NCBI GenBank assembly: GCA_016866675.1
Contig: VGLO01000002.1
Location: 1-46,776 of the forward strand
Source: Candidatus Staskawiczbacteria bacterium
GTDB lineage: Bacteria > Patescibacteriota > Minisyncoccia > Minisyncoccales > Staskawiczbacteraceae
Length of the DNA: 46,776 nucleotides
Reading direction: 5' to 3'
A program made the translations under genes and the position numbers. Below are positions 16,996-24,858 of this stretch, piece after piece. How positions within the stretch are numbered: the stretch's first letter is position 1; each line of letters starts with the position of its first letter. The notes beneath the pieces were generated by a model that saw nothing but the letters and a program-made list of their open reading frames with translations, did no database searches and had not been told where the DNA came from.

Positions 16996-17024
16996 TTGAC
17001 CTTTTTTAGTATTTTTGTTAACAT
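16996..17024 (+). promoter_or_regulatory. Candidate promoter of the infA-rpmJ-rpsM... operon
   Basis: TTGACC (16996-17001), 17 nt, TAACAT (17019-17024), 10 nt before the infA ATG. Confidence 0.5.
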
Positions 17025-17034
17025 AGCCTAGTAA

Positions 17035-17301
17035 ATGGAAGACATTCAAACTAATTCCAAAAGCGCACAAGAAGACCCCAAAAAGGTCATAAAAACAGAA
17101 GGTAGGGTAATGGAAGCTTTGCCCAATGCTTTTTTTAAGGTTTTACTGGAAGACGGAAGAGAAATTACAGGTTTTCTTTCCGGAAAAATGAAATTAAATA
17201 GGATTAAGATTTTACCTGGAGATAAAGTGACTTTGGAGATGTCTCCGTATGATAATTCAAAGGGTAGAATTACATATAGACTAAAGCAATATGAAAGTTA
17301 G
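17035..17301 (+). CDS. infA: Translation initiation factor IF-1 (about 20-aa N-terminal extension)
   Basis: [60 protein letters not shown] is the S1-fold IF-1 core. Confidence 0.96.
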   Translation: MEDIQTNSKSAQEDPKKVIKTEGRVMEALPNAFFKVLLEDGREITGFLSGKMKLNRIKILPGDKVTLEMSPYDNSKGRITYRLKQYES

Positions 17302-17407
17302 ACCATCAGTAAAAAAGATTTGTAATGACTGCAAGATTATAAAGAGATCTGGGCGAATTTATGTTATTTGCAAGAAAAATCCAAAACATAAACAAAGACA
17401 AGGTTAA
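17291..17407 (+). CDS. rpmJ: 50S ribosomal protein L36 (zinc form)
   Basis: Hand translation gives [38 protein letters not shown] (38 aa). Absent from the ORF track (below its length cutoff). Overlaps the infA end by 11 nt. Confidence 0.95.
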   Translation: MKVRPSVKKICNDCKIIKRSGRIYVICKKNPKHKQRQG

Positions 17408-17420
17408 TTTTTTAAAAAAT

Positions 17421-17810
17421 ATGCCAAGAATAGTAGGGGTGACTATCCCCGACGACAAAAGAATGGAAGTTGCAATAACCTATATATATGGAATAGGCAA
17501 AACTTTAGGTAAGGAAATTTTAGAAAAAACAAAGATTGATTTAAATAAAAAAGCAAAAGACTTAAGCCAACAGGAATTAAGCGATCTTAAAGAATATATT
17601 GAAAAGAATTTTAAAATTGAGGGAGATTTGAGAAGACAGATAATGATTAATATAAAAAGGTTAAAGGACATTGGCACATGGAGAGGAACAAGACATTCAA
17701 AGAAATTACCGGTTAGAGGGCAAAGAACAAAAACAAATACAAGGACAGTAAGAGGTAATGTAAGAAAAACAATGGGATCAGGAAGAAAACCATCTGCATC
17801 ACCAACATAA
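17421..17810 (+). CDS. rpsM: 30S ribosomal protein S13
   Basis: MPRIVGVTIPDDKRMEVAITYIYGIG is the uS13 start. The track start at 17361 lies inside rpmJ and is rejected. Confidence 0.96.
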   Translation: MPRIVGVTIPDDKRMEVAITYIYGIGKTLGKEILEKTKIDLNKKAKDLSQQELSDLKEYIEKNFKIEGDLRRQIMINIKRLKDIGTWRGTRHSKKLPVRGQRTKTNTRTVRGNVRKTMGSGRKPSASPT

Positions 17811-17822
17811 TAATTTAATACA

Positions 17823-18275
17823 ATGGGAAAAAAACACGTCACACAACAAAGCCAAGAAGAGGCAATCAAAGAAAGCGAGAAAGTTGAATCAGCCGTAAAG
17901 AAAGATATAAGAGTAAAGGCAAGTCAACGAATTCTTGAGGGAAAGGTTTATGTTTCTTCTTCTTATAACAACACTATAATTACACTTACAAATTCAGTGG
18001 GACAGGTTTTGGCTACAAAGTCAGCTGGAGCAGTTGGATTTAAGGGGACCAAGAAATCAACTTCTTTTGCGGCTTCGCGCGTTGCTGAAACAATAGTTGG
18101 TGTTTGTAAGAAGTTAGGAATTGAAAAATTAGAAGTTTTAATAAAAGGTATTGGAGCCGGTAGAGAGTCAGCTGTTAGAACTTTGGTAGCTCAAGGGCTA
18201 AACATTGTTTCAGTAAAGGATGTGACTCCAATTCCACACAATGGAGTGACTCCCAAAAAAGTAAGAAGAGTTTAA
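17823..18275 (+). CDS. rpsK: 30S ribosomal protein S11 (N-terminal extension)
   Basis: uS11 core (...VYVSSSYNNTIITLTNSVGQVLATKSAG..GFKGTKKST.FAA...). Operon position. Confidence 0.96.
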   Translation: MGKKHVTQQSQEEAIKESEKVESAVKKDIRVKASQRILEGKVYVSSSYNNTIITLTNSVGQVLATKSAGAVGFKGTKKSTSFAASRVAETIVGVCKKLGIEKLEVLIKGIGAGRESAVRTLVAQGLNIVSVKDVTPIPHNGVTPKKVRRV

Positions 18276-18278
18276 AAA

Positions 18279-18860
18279 ATGGCAGAAATAAATACACAAA
18301 ATAATAAAGGAGTAAATAATGTGATGCCAAATTCACCTGCACCTGATAAAAAAAGAAAATCAAGGGGTGCTGTTTCTGAATACAAAAAATCTTTAGTTGA
18401 GAAACAAGCCCTAAAAAATCTTTATGGATTGTCAGAGAGACAATTTAAAAAGTATGTTTTAAACGCTTTATCTAGCATAAGAAAAGTTGAAAATGTTTCA
18501 GATGAATTGATAAAGTCTTTAGAAAAAAGGCTTGATAATGTAATTTTTCGTATTGGATTTGCAAAGACAAGAGCCCAATCAAGGCAGTTGGTTAATCATG
18601 CCTACTTCTTCGTAAACGGAAAGTCAGTAAACATCCCTTCATTTGAAGTGAAAAAGGGTGATGTAGTTTCAATTAAGGAATCAAAAAGGAAAAAATTGAT
18701 ATTTCAGGAATTATCAAAAGATTTAAAAAAGATGGAAGCGCCATCTTGGTTAAAGCTAAATAAAGAAGGGTTTTTTGCAGATGTTTTAGGAGACCCAAGT
18801 TTGGCTGAAGCAAATCCACCGGTTGAAATTTCTTTGATATTTGAGTTTTATTCAAAGTAA
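18279..18860 (+). CDS. rpsD: 30S ribosomal protein S4
   Basis: S4 domain (RLDNVIFRIGFAKTRAQSRQLVNHAYFFVNGKSVNIPSFEVKKGDVV). Operon position. Confidence 0.95.
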   Translation: MAEINTQNNKGVNNVMPNSPAPDKKRKSRGAVSEYKKSLVEKQALKNLYGLSERQFKKYVLNALSSIRKVENVSDELIKSLEKRLDNVIFRIGFAKTRAQSRQLVNHAYFFVNGKSVNIPSFEVKKGDVVSIKESKRKKLIFQELSKDLKKMEAPSWLKLNKEGFFADVLGDPSLAEANPPVEISLIFEFYSK

Positions 18861-18895
18861 AAATTTGCAAAGCAATTTGTAAAAATCAAAATAAG

Positions 18896-18965
18896 TTAGT
18901 TGTTGGGTATTGGTTGCTCGATAATCGTCACATGACGTATCTAGCACCTAAAACCTAACAACTAA
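18896..18965 (+). other. 22-bp-arm sense-strand hairpin in the rpsD-rpoA spacer
   Basis: TTAGTTGTTGGGTATTGGTTGC (18896-18917) faces GCACCTAAAACCTAACAACTAA (18944-18965). Hand pairing gives 18 WC + 2 G-U pairs of 22. The loop contains the palindrome CGTCACATGACG. Confidence 0.6.
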
Positions 18966-18974
18966 AATAAAAAC

Positions 18975-19910
18975 ATGATACCACTACCATTACCGCCAAA
19001 AGTAATGCAAAAGGGTAAAAACCAGGCAGTTTTTGAAGTACAAGGACTTTATCCTGGTTACGGCGTGACAATAGGAAATGCCTTAAGAAGAGTTTTATTA
19101 TCTTCTTTGGAAGGTGTTGCAGTCACAGAAGTAAAAATTAAGGGAGTTCCTCACGAATTTTCAACAATTCCAGGAGTTTTAGAGGATATGATAATGATAA
19201 TTTTAAACCTAAAAAACTTGAGGTTTAAAATGCATGAAGGCACTACTCATAAAGTTGAGCTTTCAGTGAAGGGAGAGAAGAAAGTAAAGGGTTCTGATTT
19301 TAAACTATTTCCTCAAATTGAGCTTGTAAACCCTGAATTAGAAATTGCTACAATTACTGACAAGAAAACAGAGTTTATAATGGAAATTACAATTCAAAAA
19401 GGTATTGGATACGAACCAAGAGATCAGAGAAAGATTAAGAAGCCAGAAATTGGAGCAATTGCAATGGATGCAATTTTCACACCAATTAGAAATGTCAATT
19501 TTAATGTTGAGAACATGAGAATTGGAGAAAGAACAGACTTTGATAAGTTATCTCTTGAAATCCAAACAGATGGAACAATTACGCCAGAAGAGGCTTTTTA
19601 TCAGGCAAATGAAATACTTATAAAACACTTTACATTAATTTTTGAGGGAAAAACTCCAGATTTAAAAAAAGAAGTTTCTGATTCTTCATCTTCTTCATCA
19701 GAAGAAGGTTCTTTGAAGATGACAGTTGAAGAAATGGACTTTTCTACAAGAACACTTAATGCTTTAACTGAAAATAGCATAAAAACAGTTGGAGGATTGA
19801 TTAAAAAGTCAGAAAAGTCACTTTCTGAATTAGAAGGAATGGGAGATAAGGCTTTAACAGAAATTAAGAAAAAATTAAAGAAGCTTGGATTAGAGTTAAA
19901 AGGTGAGTAA
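18975..19910 (+). CDS. rpoA: DNA-directed RNA polymerase subunit alpha
   Basis: N-terminal domain GYGVTIGNALRRVLLSSLEG. C-terminal HhH-like domain (TVEEMDFSTRTLNALTENSIKTVGGL). Confidence 0.97.
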   Translation: MIPLPLPPKVMQKGKNQAVFEVQGLYPGYGVTIGNALRRVLLSSLEGVAVTEVKIKGVPHEFSTIPGVLEDMIMIILNLKNLRFKMHEGTTHKVELSVKGEKKVKGSDFKLFPQIELVNPELEIATITDKKTEFIMEITIQKGIGYEPRDQRKIKKPEIGAIAMDAIFTPIRNVNFNVENMRIGERTDFDKLSLEIQTDGTITPEEAFYQANEILIKHFTLIFEGKTPDLKKEVSDSSSSSSEEGSLKMTVEEMDFSTRTLNALTENSIKTVGGLIKKSEKSLSELEGMGDKALTEIKKKLKKLGLELKGE

Positions 19911-19929
19911 TTCTTAAGAAGCTATACTT

Positions 19930-20283
19930 ATGCGAAAAAGAAATAATAAAGGTAGAATACTGTCACGACCTAAAAATCAAAGAAAGGCGCTATTAAAATC
20001 ATTAGCGACAAGTCTTTTTTTACACAGTAAAATAAAAACTACAGAAGCTAAGGCAAAAGAATTAAGGTCTGTTGCTGATAAGTTTATAACAAGGGCAAAA
20101 GATGCAAAAATGTCAGATAAGAGAATTCTATCTCAAACTTTGTCGCCTGTTGTTTTGAAAAAACTAATTGAAGAAATTGCTCCAGAATATAAATCAAGAA
20201 ACGGAGGATACACAAGAATTATAAGATTAGGACAAAGAAAGTCAGATGGCGCAAATATGGCAATAGTTGAACTTGTTAAGTAA
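19930..20283 (+). CDS. rplQ: 50S ribosomal protein L17
   Basis: Operon position; bL17-like ...RKALLKSLATSLFLHSKIKTTEAKAKELR...GGYTRIIRLGQRKSDGA. Confidence 0.95.
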   Translation: MRKRNNKGRILSRPKNQRKALLKSLATSLFLHSKIKTTEAKAKELRSVADKFITRAKDAKMSDKRILSQTLSPVVLKKLIEEIAPEYKSRNGGYTRIIRLGQRKSDGANMAIVELVK

Positions 20284-20292
20284 ATAAGAAAT

Positions 20293-20655
20293 ATGGAAAC
20301 AGTAAAAAGAGAAAATCATTTAATTGACGCAACAGATAAAGTTTTGGGTAAATTAGCCACTCAAGTGGTTATTTTGCTTAGAGGAAAACAAAAGCCAGAT
20401 TTTGCTCCATATAAAGATATTGGTGACTTTGTGACAATAAAAAATGTAGATAAAATGAGGGTTACCGGTAAAAAATTTGATAATAAGATTTACTATCATC
20501 ACACTTTATATTTGGGTGGACTAAAAAAGCAGACAATGAAAGAGGTTGTGATAAAAAAAGGACATTCTGAAGTATTAAGAAAAGCCGTAATGGGAATGTT
20601 GACTAAGAATAAGTTAAGAGCAAAGCAGATTAAAAGATTAAAATTTGAAAGGTAA
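20293..20655 (+). CDS. rplM: 50S ribosomal protein L13
   Basis: uL13-like ...LIDATDKVLGKLATQVVILLRGKQKPDFAP... Confidence 0.95.
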   Translation: METVKRENHLIDATDKVLGKLATQVVILLRGKQKPDFAPYKDIGDFVTIKNVDKMRVTGKKFDNKIYYHHTLYLGGLKKQTMKEVVIKKGHSEVLRKAVMGMLTKNKLRAKQIKRLKFER

Positions 20656-20659
20656 AATT

Positions 20660-21196
20660 ATGGCAAAAACAGAAACAAAAAAAACAGTTAAGAAGGTTAT
20701 TTTAGAACCAGAAAAAAAAGAGGAAGTTGTTAGCAAGGTTGTAATAGATGAGTCTGATGATATGACAGATGACTTTCCTACAGAAAAAGACTTGGCTTTA
20801 AAGCCCGACAGATATTTTGAGGCCACGGGAAGAAGAAAAACAGCTGTTGCTCGCGTAAGACTTTTTACAAGGGGTGACAAGCAGTTTTTAATAAATGGAA
20901 AGCCTTATCAAGAGTACTTCTCTACTGAAGATGACAAAAATACAGCAGTGGCCTCAATGATAAAGATGAAGTGTTTGGATAAATTCAGAGTGACAGTTAT
21001 TGTAAGGGGGGGAGGGCATTCAGCTCAAGCAGAAGCCATAAGGCATGGAACAGCCAGAGTATTAGTAGATTTTAATAATAACTTTAAAAAGAGACTAAGA
21101 AAAGTTGGATACTTAACAAGAGATCCAAGAATGAGAGAGAGAAAGAAGTTTGGACTAAAACGTTCTAGAAAGGCTCCGCAGTGGGCAAAGAGGTAA
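20660..21196 (+). CDS. rpsI: 30S ribosomal protein S9 with about 50-aa acidic/Lys-rich N-terminal extension
   Basis: The C-terminal 130 aa are uS9 (GRRKTAVARVRL..., ...GGGHSAQAEAIRHGTARVL..., LTRDPRMRERKKFGLKRSRKAPQWAKR). The ATG at 20660 is preferred over the TTG at 20645. Confidence 0.95.
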   Translation: MAKTETKKTVKKVILEPEKKEEVVSKVVIDESDDMTDDFPTEKDLALKPDRYFEATGRRKTAVARVRLFTRGDKQFLINGKPYQEYFSTEDDKNTAVASMIKMKCLDKFRVTVIVRGGGHSAQAEAIRHGTARVLVDFNNNFKKRLRKVGYLTRDPRMRERKKFGLKRSRKAPQWAKR

Positions 21197-21214
21197 TTCA
21201 AGTATCTCTTCAAT

Positions 21215-21241
21215 CAAAAAACCGCCTCTTGGCGGTTTTTT
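21215..21241. terminator. Bidirectional intrinsic terminator between rpsI and the convergent PEGA gene
   Basis: AAAAAACCGCC-tctt-GGCGGTTTTTT. Confidence 0.85.
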
Positions 21242-21260
21242 GATTATTAGAGACTAGATA

Positions 21261-22397
21261 CTAGGGCAATATATTACTTGAAGATATTAGTGTTTTATTT
21301 GTTAAGATATAAAAAGTTTTGTTTACTTGATCATAAAATATATCTGGCTTTTCTATGCCTTGGCTTTCTCTGTTGGCCAATAAAACATTTCCTTCAATAA
21401 AAATTTTATTTATGTTGCCTCTGTAATCAATTTCTGAAATTACTACACTATTTGTTGTGTTATAAATAATGTAGTCGTTATTTAGCCAGTAAACCTCTGA
21501 AATTTTATCTAAAGATTTTTCAAGCAAAGCATTATTTTCTTCTCCAATAGGCAGATTTTGCATGAAATATAAGAATATTTCATTGTCATTGTAATAAACT
21601 AATTTATGTCCGTCAGGAGATAGCTTTAAGTCTTTTACAGATGCGTAGAATGATTCAAATGATTTTGATGAGTCATTAAGCCTTAAAAGATTTGCACCTT
21701 CTTTTAGGAATATATCTTGAGAGAACACTTCAATAGAGTATAAGGTTTTACTTTTTATAGCAATAGCTTTTGTGCTTATTTTTTCTGTGTCCTTACCCTC
21801 TAAATTTGATTTACTTAGAATACCATCTTTGCCAAGCCAATATATGCTGTTATGTGATACCTTAAAAGAAACTACATTTTTAATCAATGGTGTGTTTCTT
21901 TGCATTATTGAGAGTTGTGCGTTTTCTGGGGCATTATCAAAGTAATAAAGGCTTCCTGAGACTATAATATACCTTTCAATTGGTTTTGCCTTTAGATCTA
22001 AAAACTGGTCTGTACTGCCGGCAATTTTTTCAAAGCCAAAATTCTTATTAAACAAAATAACATTTTCCAATTTCGTTACTTCTTTTTCTTTTACCACAAA
22101 GTTTTTTTGGTAGTCATAATAGCCATCTTTTTTTATTAAAACACTATGTTGCCCCGGAAGAAGATTTTGCACAAAAACAGAATTTGAAAAAATCCCAGTA
22201 GAATTACTTATATCTCCATTAATTATTACCTCAACCTGTGAGGGTTGAACTCTTGTATATATTCCTCCGGTTGCCACGATTTTAATATTTTTAAAATCAA
22301 TTCGGTATCCCAAAGAATAAAGTACCAAGTATGGAGTTATTATTAAAAATAACGCAATTAAGCTTAGAAATAATATTCGGCGAGTTTTTGCTTTCAT
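21261..22397 (-). CDS. PEGA-domain membrane-anchored protein
   Basis: N-terminal TM helix, then a PEGA-like segment (VEVIINGD...LLPGQHSVLIKKDGYYDYQKNFVVKEKE), then a repeat-rich C-terminal region. Confidence 0.75.
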   Translation of the reverse strand: MKAKTRRILFLSLIALFLIITPYLVLYSLGYRIDFKNIKIVATGGIYTRVQPSQVEVIINGDISNSTGIFSNSVFVQNLLPGQHSVLIKKDGYYDYQKNFVVKEKEVTKLENVILFNKNFGFEKIAGSTDQFLDLKAKPIERYIIVSGSLYYFDNAPENAQLSIMQRNTPLIKNVVSFKVSHNSIYWLGKDGILSKSNLEGKDTEKISTKAIAIKSKTLYSIEVFSQDIFLKEGANLLRLNDSSKSFESFYASVKDLKLSPDGHKLVYYNDNEIFLYFMQNLPIGEENNALLEKSLDKISEVYWLNNDYIIYNTTNSVVISEIDYRGNINKIFIEGNVLLANRESQGIEKPDIFYDQVNKTFYILTNKTLISSSNILP

Positions 22398-22475
22398 AGA
22401 TATTGATTAATATTAGAACATTAAGGATATTAGCACAAATTCCTAAAAAAAGAAGCCCAGGAGTATTTTGTAAAG

Positions 22476-22521
22476 AAAAAGCGCTTAGTTTAGCTGGGTG
22501 AACTAAGCGCACAGTTTTTTT
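22476..22521. terminator. Bidirectional terminator hairpin at the left edge of the GC-rich block
   Basis: AAAAA-GCGCTTAGTT-tagctgggtg-AACTAAGCGC-acag-TTTTTTT. Perfect 10-bp stem. Confidence 0.75.
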
Positions 22522-22536
22522 GTTGGGCTTTTCTAA

Positions 22537-23458
22537 TTAGCCCTTGCGAGCCTGTTCAAGGGTCTCGAATGGCCCCTTAACGAAAGACTCCTCGCAGTTA
22601 AGTTTTGAGGCCGCGTCCTTCAGATCTCGAGCTTGGGTGAAGCGAGTTGATGTTTTCTCGAGTTCCTCTGGTTCTCCGTCGGCGCAGATATAGCCGTCGA
22701 CGACCGTGATATACCACCACGGGAAGAGTAACTCCTCGAGTGACTTTCCCTCGGTGAGGAGTTGGCGAATCCGCTCGACATCGTACTGCTTGCCGCCCTT
22801 GGGCGTCTTGTAGTACTCGCAGATCTCGTCAACCGACATGGCGTCGATGGGCCAGTCGCCGCAGCGAATGTCGTCTTGGGTCTGTCGCGCTTTCGCATCG
22901 GCATTCAAAACCAGAATGTTCTCGGCGAACACCGGCTCCACGTTGAGACCAGCCTTCTTGAAGATTGGGAACGCACGCTCCATGTGATAGAGGAGTGTGA
23001 GAATGCCGATCTTCTCGTTGCCGGCAAACATCGGCCGGCGCTTGAGCATGATCGCCAGAAACGCAGCATTCTCTTCCGTGGTGGACGAGAGCGTTTCGGC
23101 GAGGATTCTCTTGCTGTTCAGATGCGGAGCACCGAGCCAATCGACTAGCCTTTCCTTTATGACGGTCGCCTCGGACTTCCGATCGTAGTCGGAGCCGGCA
23201 AACGCCTCAAAGGTGAATATAGACTTCTTCTGGGTCGGGTGCTGATCGTTAGATCTTTTCGTCGTCATAGCGCACTCCGAAGTTGCTCCCGCCCAGCACC
23301 ATCAGGCGCGGAGCGATGCCCTTGTTGAGGATGATGACTGAAGCCATCGTCCGCATCAGGGTATGAGGAGCCAAATCATACTTGCCATCCCTGTACATGA
23401 CTTGCGAGCCGAGCTGACAGACGAGATCGTACTCCTGGTTCACTGTCAAACCCTCCAA
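22537..23458 (-). pseudogene. DUF218/YdcF-like gene with unknown C-terminal domain, split by a +1 frame change; G+C-rich foreign-looking block
   Basis: The upstream 69-aa ORF (..PRLMVLGGSNFG..) and the downstream 243-aa ORF (..SEATVIKERLVDWLGAPHLNSKRILAETLSSTTEENAAF..) together read as one DUF218-type domain. The ORFs overlap at 23249-23268 in different frames. Composition is strikingly G+C-rich compared with both flanks. Confidence 0.6.
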
Positions 23459-23542
23459 TAAGTTGAAAATGGGCGATTTCCAGAAACATTCTGGAACTAA
23501 TAAAATAATATCATAAATTAATTATTTGTCAAATTGGCTTAT

Positions 23543-23571
23543 TTGACAGCAAGGTTAAAATAGAATAGTAT
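23543..23571 (+). promoter_or_regulatory. Candidate promoter for murA
   Basis: TTGACA (23543-23548), 17 nt, TAGTAT (23566-23571). The -35 element sits in the inverted repeat TGTCAAA-n8-TTTGACA. Confidence 0.5.
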
Positions 23572-23595
23572 ACAGTATAAAAAAAATAACTATAA

Positions 23596-24858
23596 ATGTC
23601 TGATAAGTTTGTTATTAATGGAAATAGGGAATTAACAGGAACTATTGAGGTGAGAGGATCAAAAAATGCGGCAGGCCCTTGCTTAGCTGCTGTTTTGCTT
23701 ACAAAAGAAGAGTGCATTATTGATAACTTGCCTTTAATTGAAGACATTAAAAATACTATAGGTGTTTTGGAAAGTATGGGAGTAAAGACAGAATGGATTG
23801 GTGAAAGAAAGTTAAAACTAAAAGCCGAAAGTGTTAACCCAGAAAATATCAATTTACAAAATGTCTCAAAAACAAGAATGTCGGTGGTTTTATTTGGGTC
23901 TCTTATTGGAAGAGTTAAAGATTTTAAAATTTCATCTCCCGGAGGAGATGTGATTGGTTTAAGGCCAATAACAGTACAGTTGAAAGCTTTAGAAAAAATT
24001 GGAGCCCATATTGAGAAAGAGGGAAGCGTTTACCATATTTGGAGAGATGAGTTGCAGGGAAGAGAAATTATTTTAGGAGAGTTTAGTCCAACAGCAACAG
24101 AGGCTTTAATGATGGCAGCTGTTTTGGCCAAAGGAAAAACTTTAATAAAGGGAGCGGCTTCAGAGCTTTCTGTTCAGGACTTGTCAAAAATGCTTGTCTC
24201 AATGGGTGCCAAAATAAATTGGTTAGGAAGCCATACAATTGAAATTGAAGGAGTTGAATCTTTGCATGGTTGCGAACATTCAGTAGAGCCAGATCACTTG
24301 GAAGCAGGTACTTTTATTGTGGCTGGGGCATTAACTCCTGGACGAGTTGTGGTAAAAAATATTAATTTTGATTATTTAGATTTATTTTTATATAAATTAG
24401 AAGAGATGGGAGTTAACCTTGATAGAGGTGAAAATCAAATAACAGTTTTTTATTCACCATTTATAAAACCGGTTAGAGCTCAAGCATTGCCTCATCCTGG
24501 TTTTCCAACTGATTTACTTCCTATAATCATACCTTTACTTATTAAAGCGCAGGGAAAGTCTTTGGTTCATGATCCGCTATATGAAAACAGACTTGGTTAT
24601 ATGCATGAGCTAAGAAAAATGGGAGGTGATTTGGAAATTGTTGACCCACACCGCGCCTTTATTTTTGGACCAAAAAATCTTGAGGGCACATCTGTTAATT
24701 CATTAGATGTAAGAGCCGGAGCAGTTTTGATTTTGGCAGGACTCATGGCAAATGGAAAAACTGTTATTAATGACATCTTTCATATTGATAGAGGATATGA
24801 GAATATAGAGGAAAGACTTCAGAAATTGGGGGCAGATATTAAACGAATTTCAAGCTAA
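23596..24858 (+). CDS. murA: UDP-N-acetylglucosamine 1-carboxyvinyltransferase (Asp at the Cys115-equivalent position)
   Basis: MurA N-terminus (FVINGNRELTGTIEVRGSKNAAGPCLAAVLL). Active-site loop reads SSPGGDVIGLRPI. Confidence 0.95.
   Translation: MSDKFVINGNRELTGTIEVRGSKNAAGPCLAAVLLTKEECIIDNLPLIEDIKNTIGVLESMGVKTEWIGERKLKLKAESVNPENINLQNVSKTRMSVVLFGSLIGRVKDFKISSPGGDVIGLRPITVQLKALEKIGAHIEKEGSVYHIWRDELQGREIILGEFSPTATEALMMAAVLAKGKTLIKGAASELSVQDLSKMLVSMGAKINWLGSHTIEIEGVESLHGCEHSVEPDHLEAGTFIVAGALTPGRVVVKNINFDYLDLFLYKLEEMGVNLDRGENQITVFYSPFIKPVRAQALPHPGFPTDLLPIIIPLLIKAQGKSLVHDPLYENRLGYMHELRKMGGDLEIVDPHRAFIFGPKNLEGTSVNSLDVRAGAVLILAGLMANGKTVINDIFHIDRGYENIEERLQKLGADIKRISS

Noticed and set aside
10207-20659. 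N-terminally extended starts given by the track for adk (10207), map (10949), the DUF458-like gene (12806), the hypothetical at 13376, rpsM (17361) and rpsI (20645), and on the minus strand for the recombinase (40242)
   Set aside because: All are TTG codons lying inside terminators or upstream genes. Downstream ATGs give canonical N-termini (for example MSKKVIILFGAPGAGKGT and MPRIVGV) or have better RBS context.
22620-23188. Four overlapping ORFs (22620-22904 -, 22762-23148 +, 22829-23140 -, 22997-23188 +) inside the first GC-rich block
   Set aside because: Long spurious ORFs in several frames are typical of G+C-rich coding DNA. They are Arg/Ala/Pro/Ser-rich with no recognisable motifs, while the 22537-23268 frame carries DUF218-type motifs.
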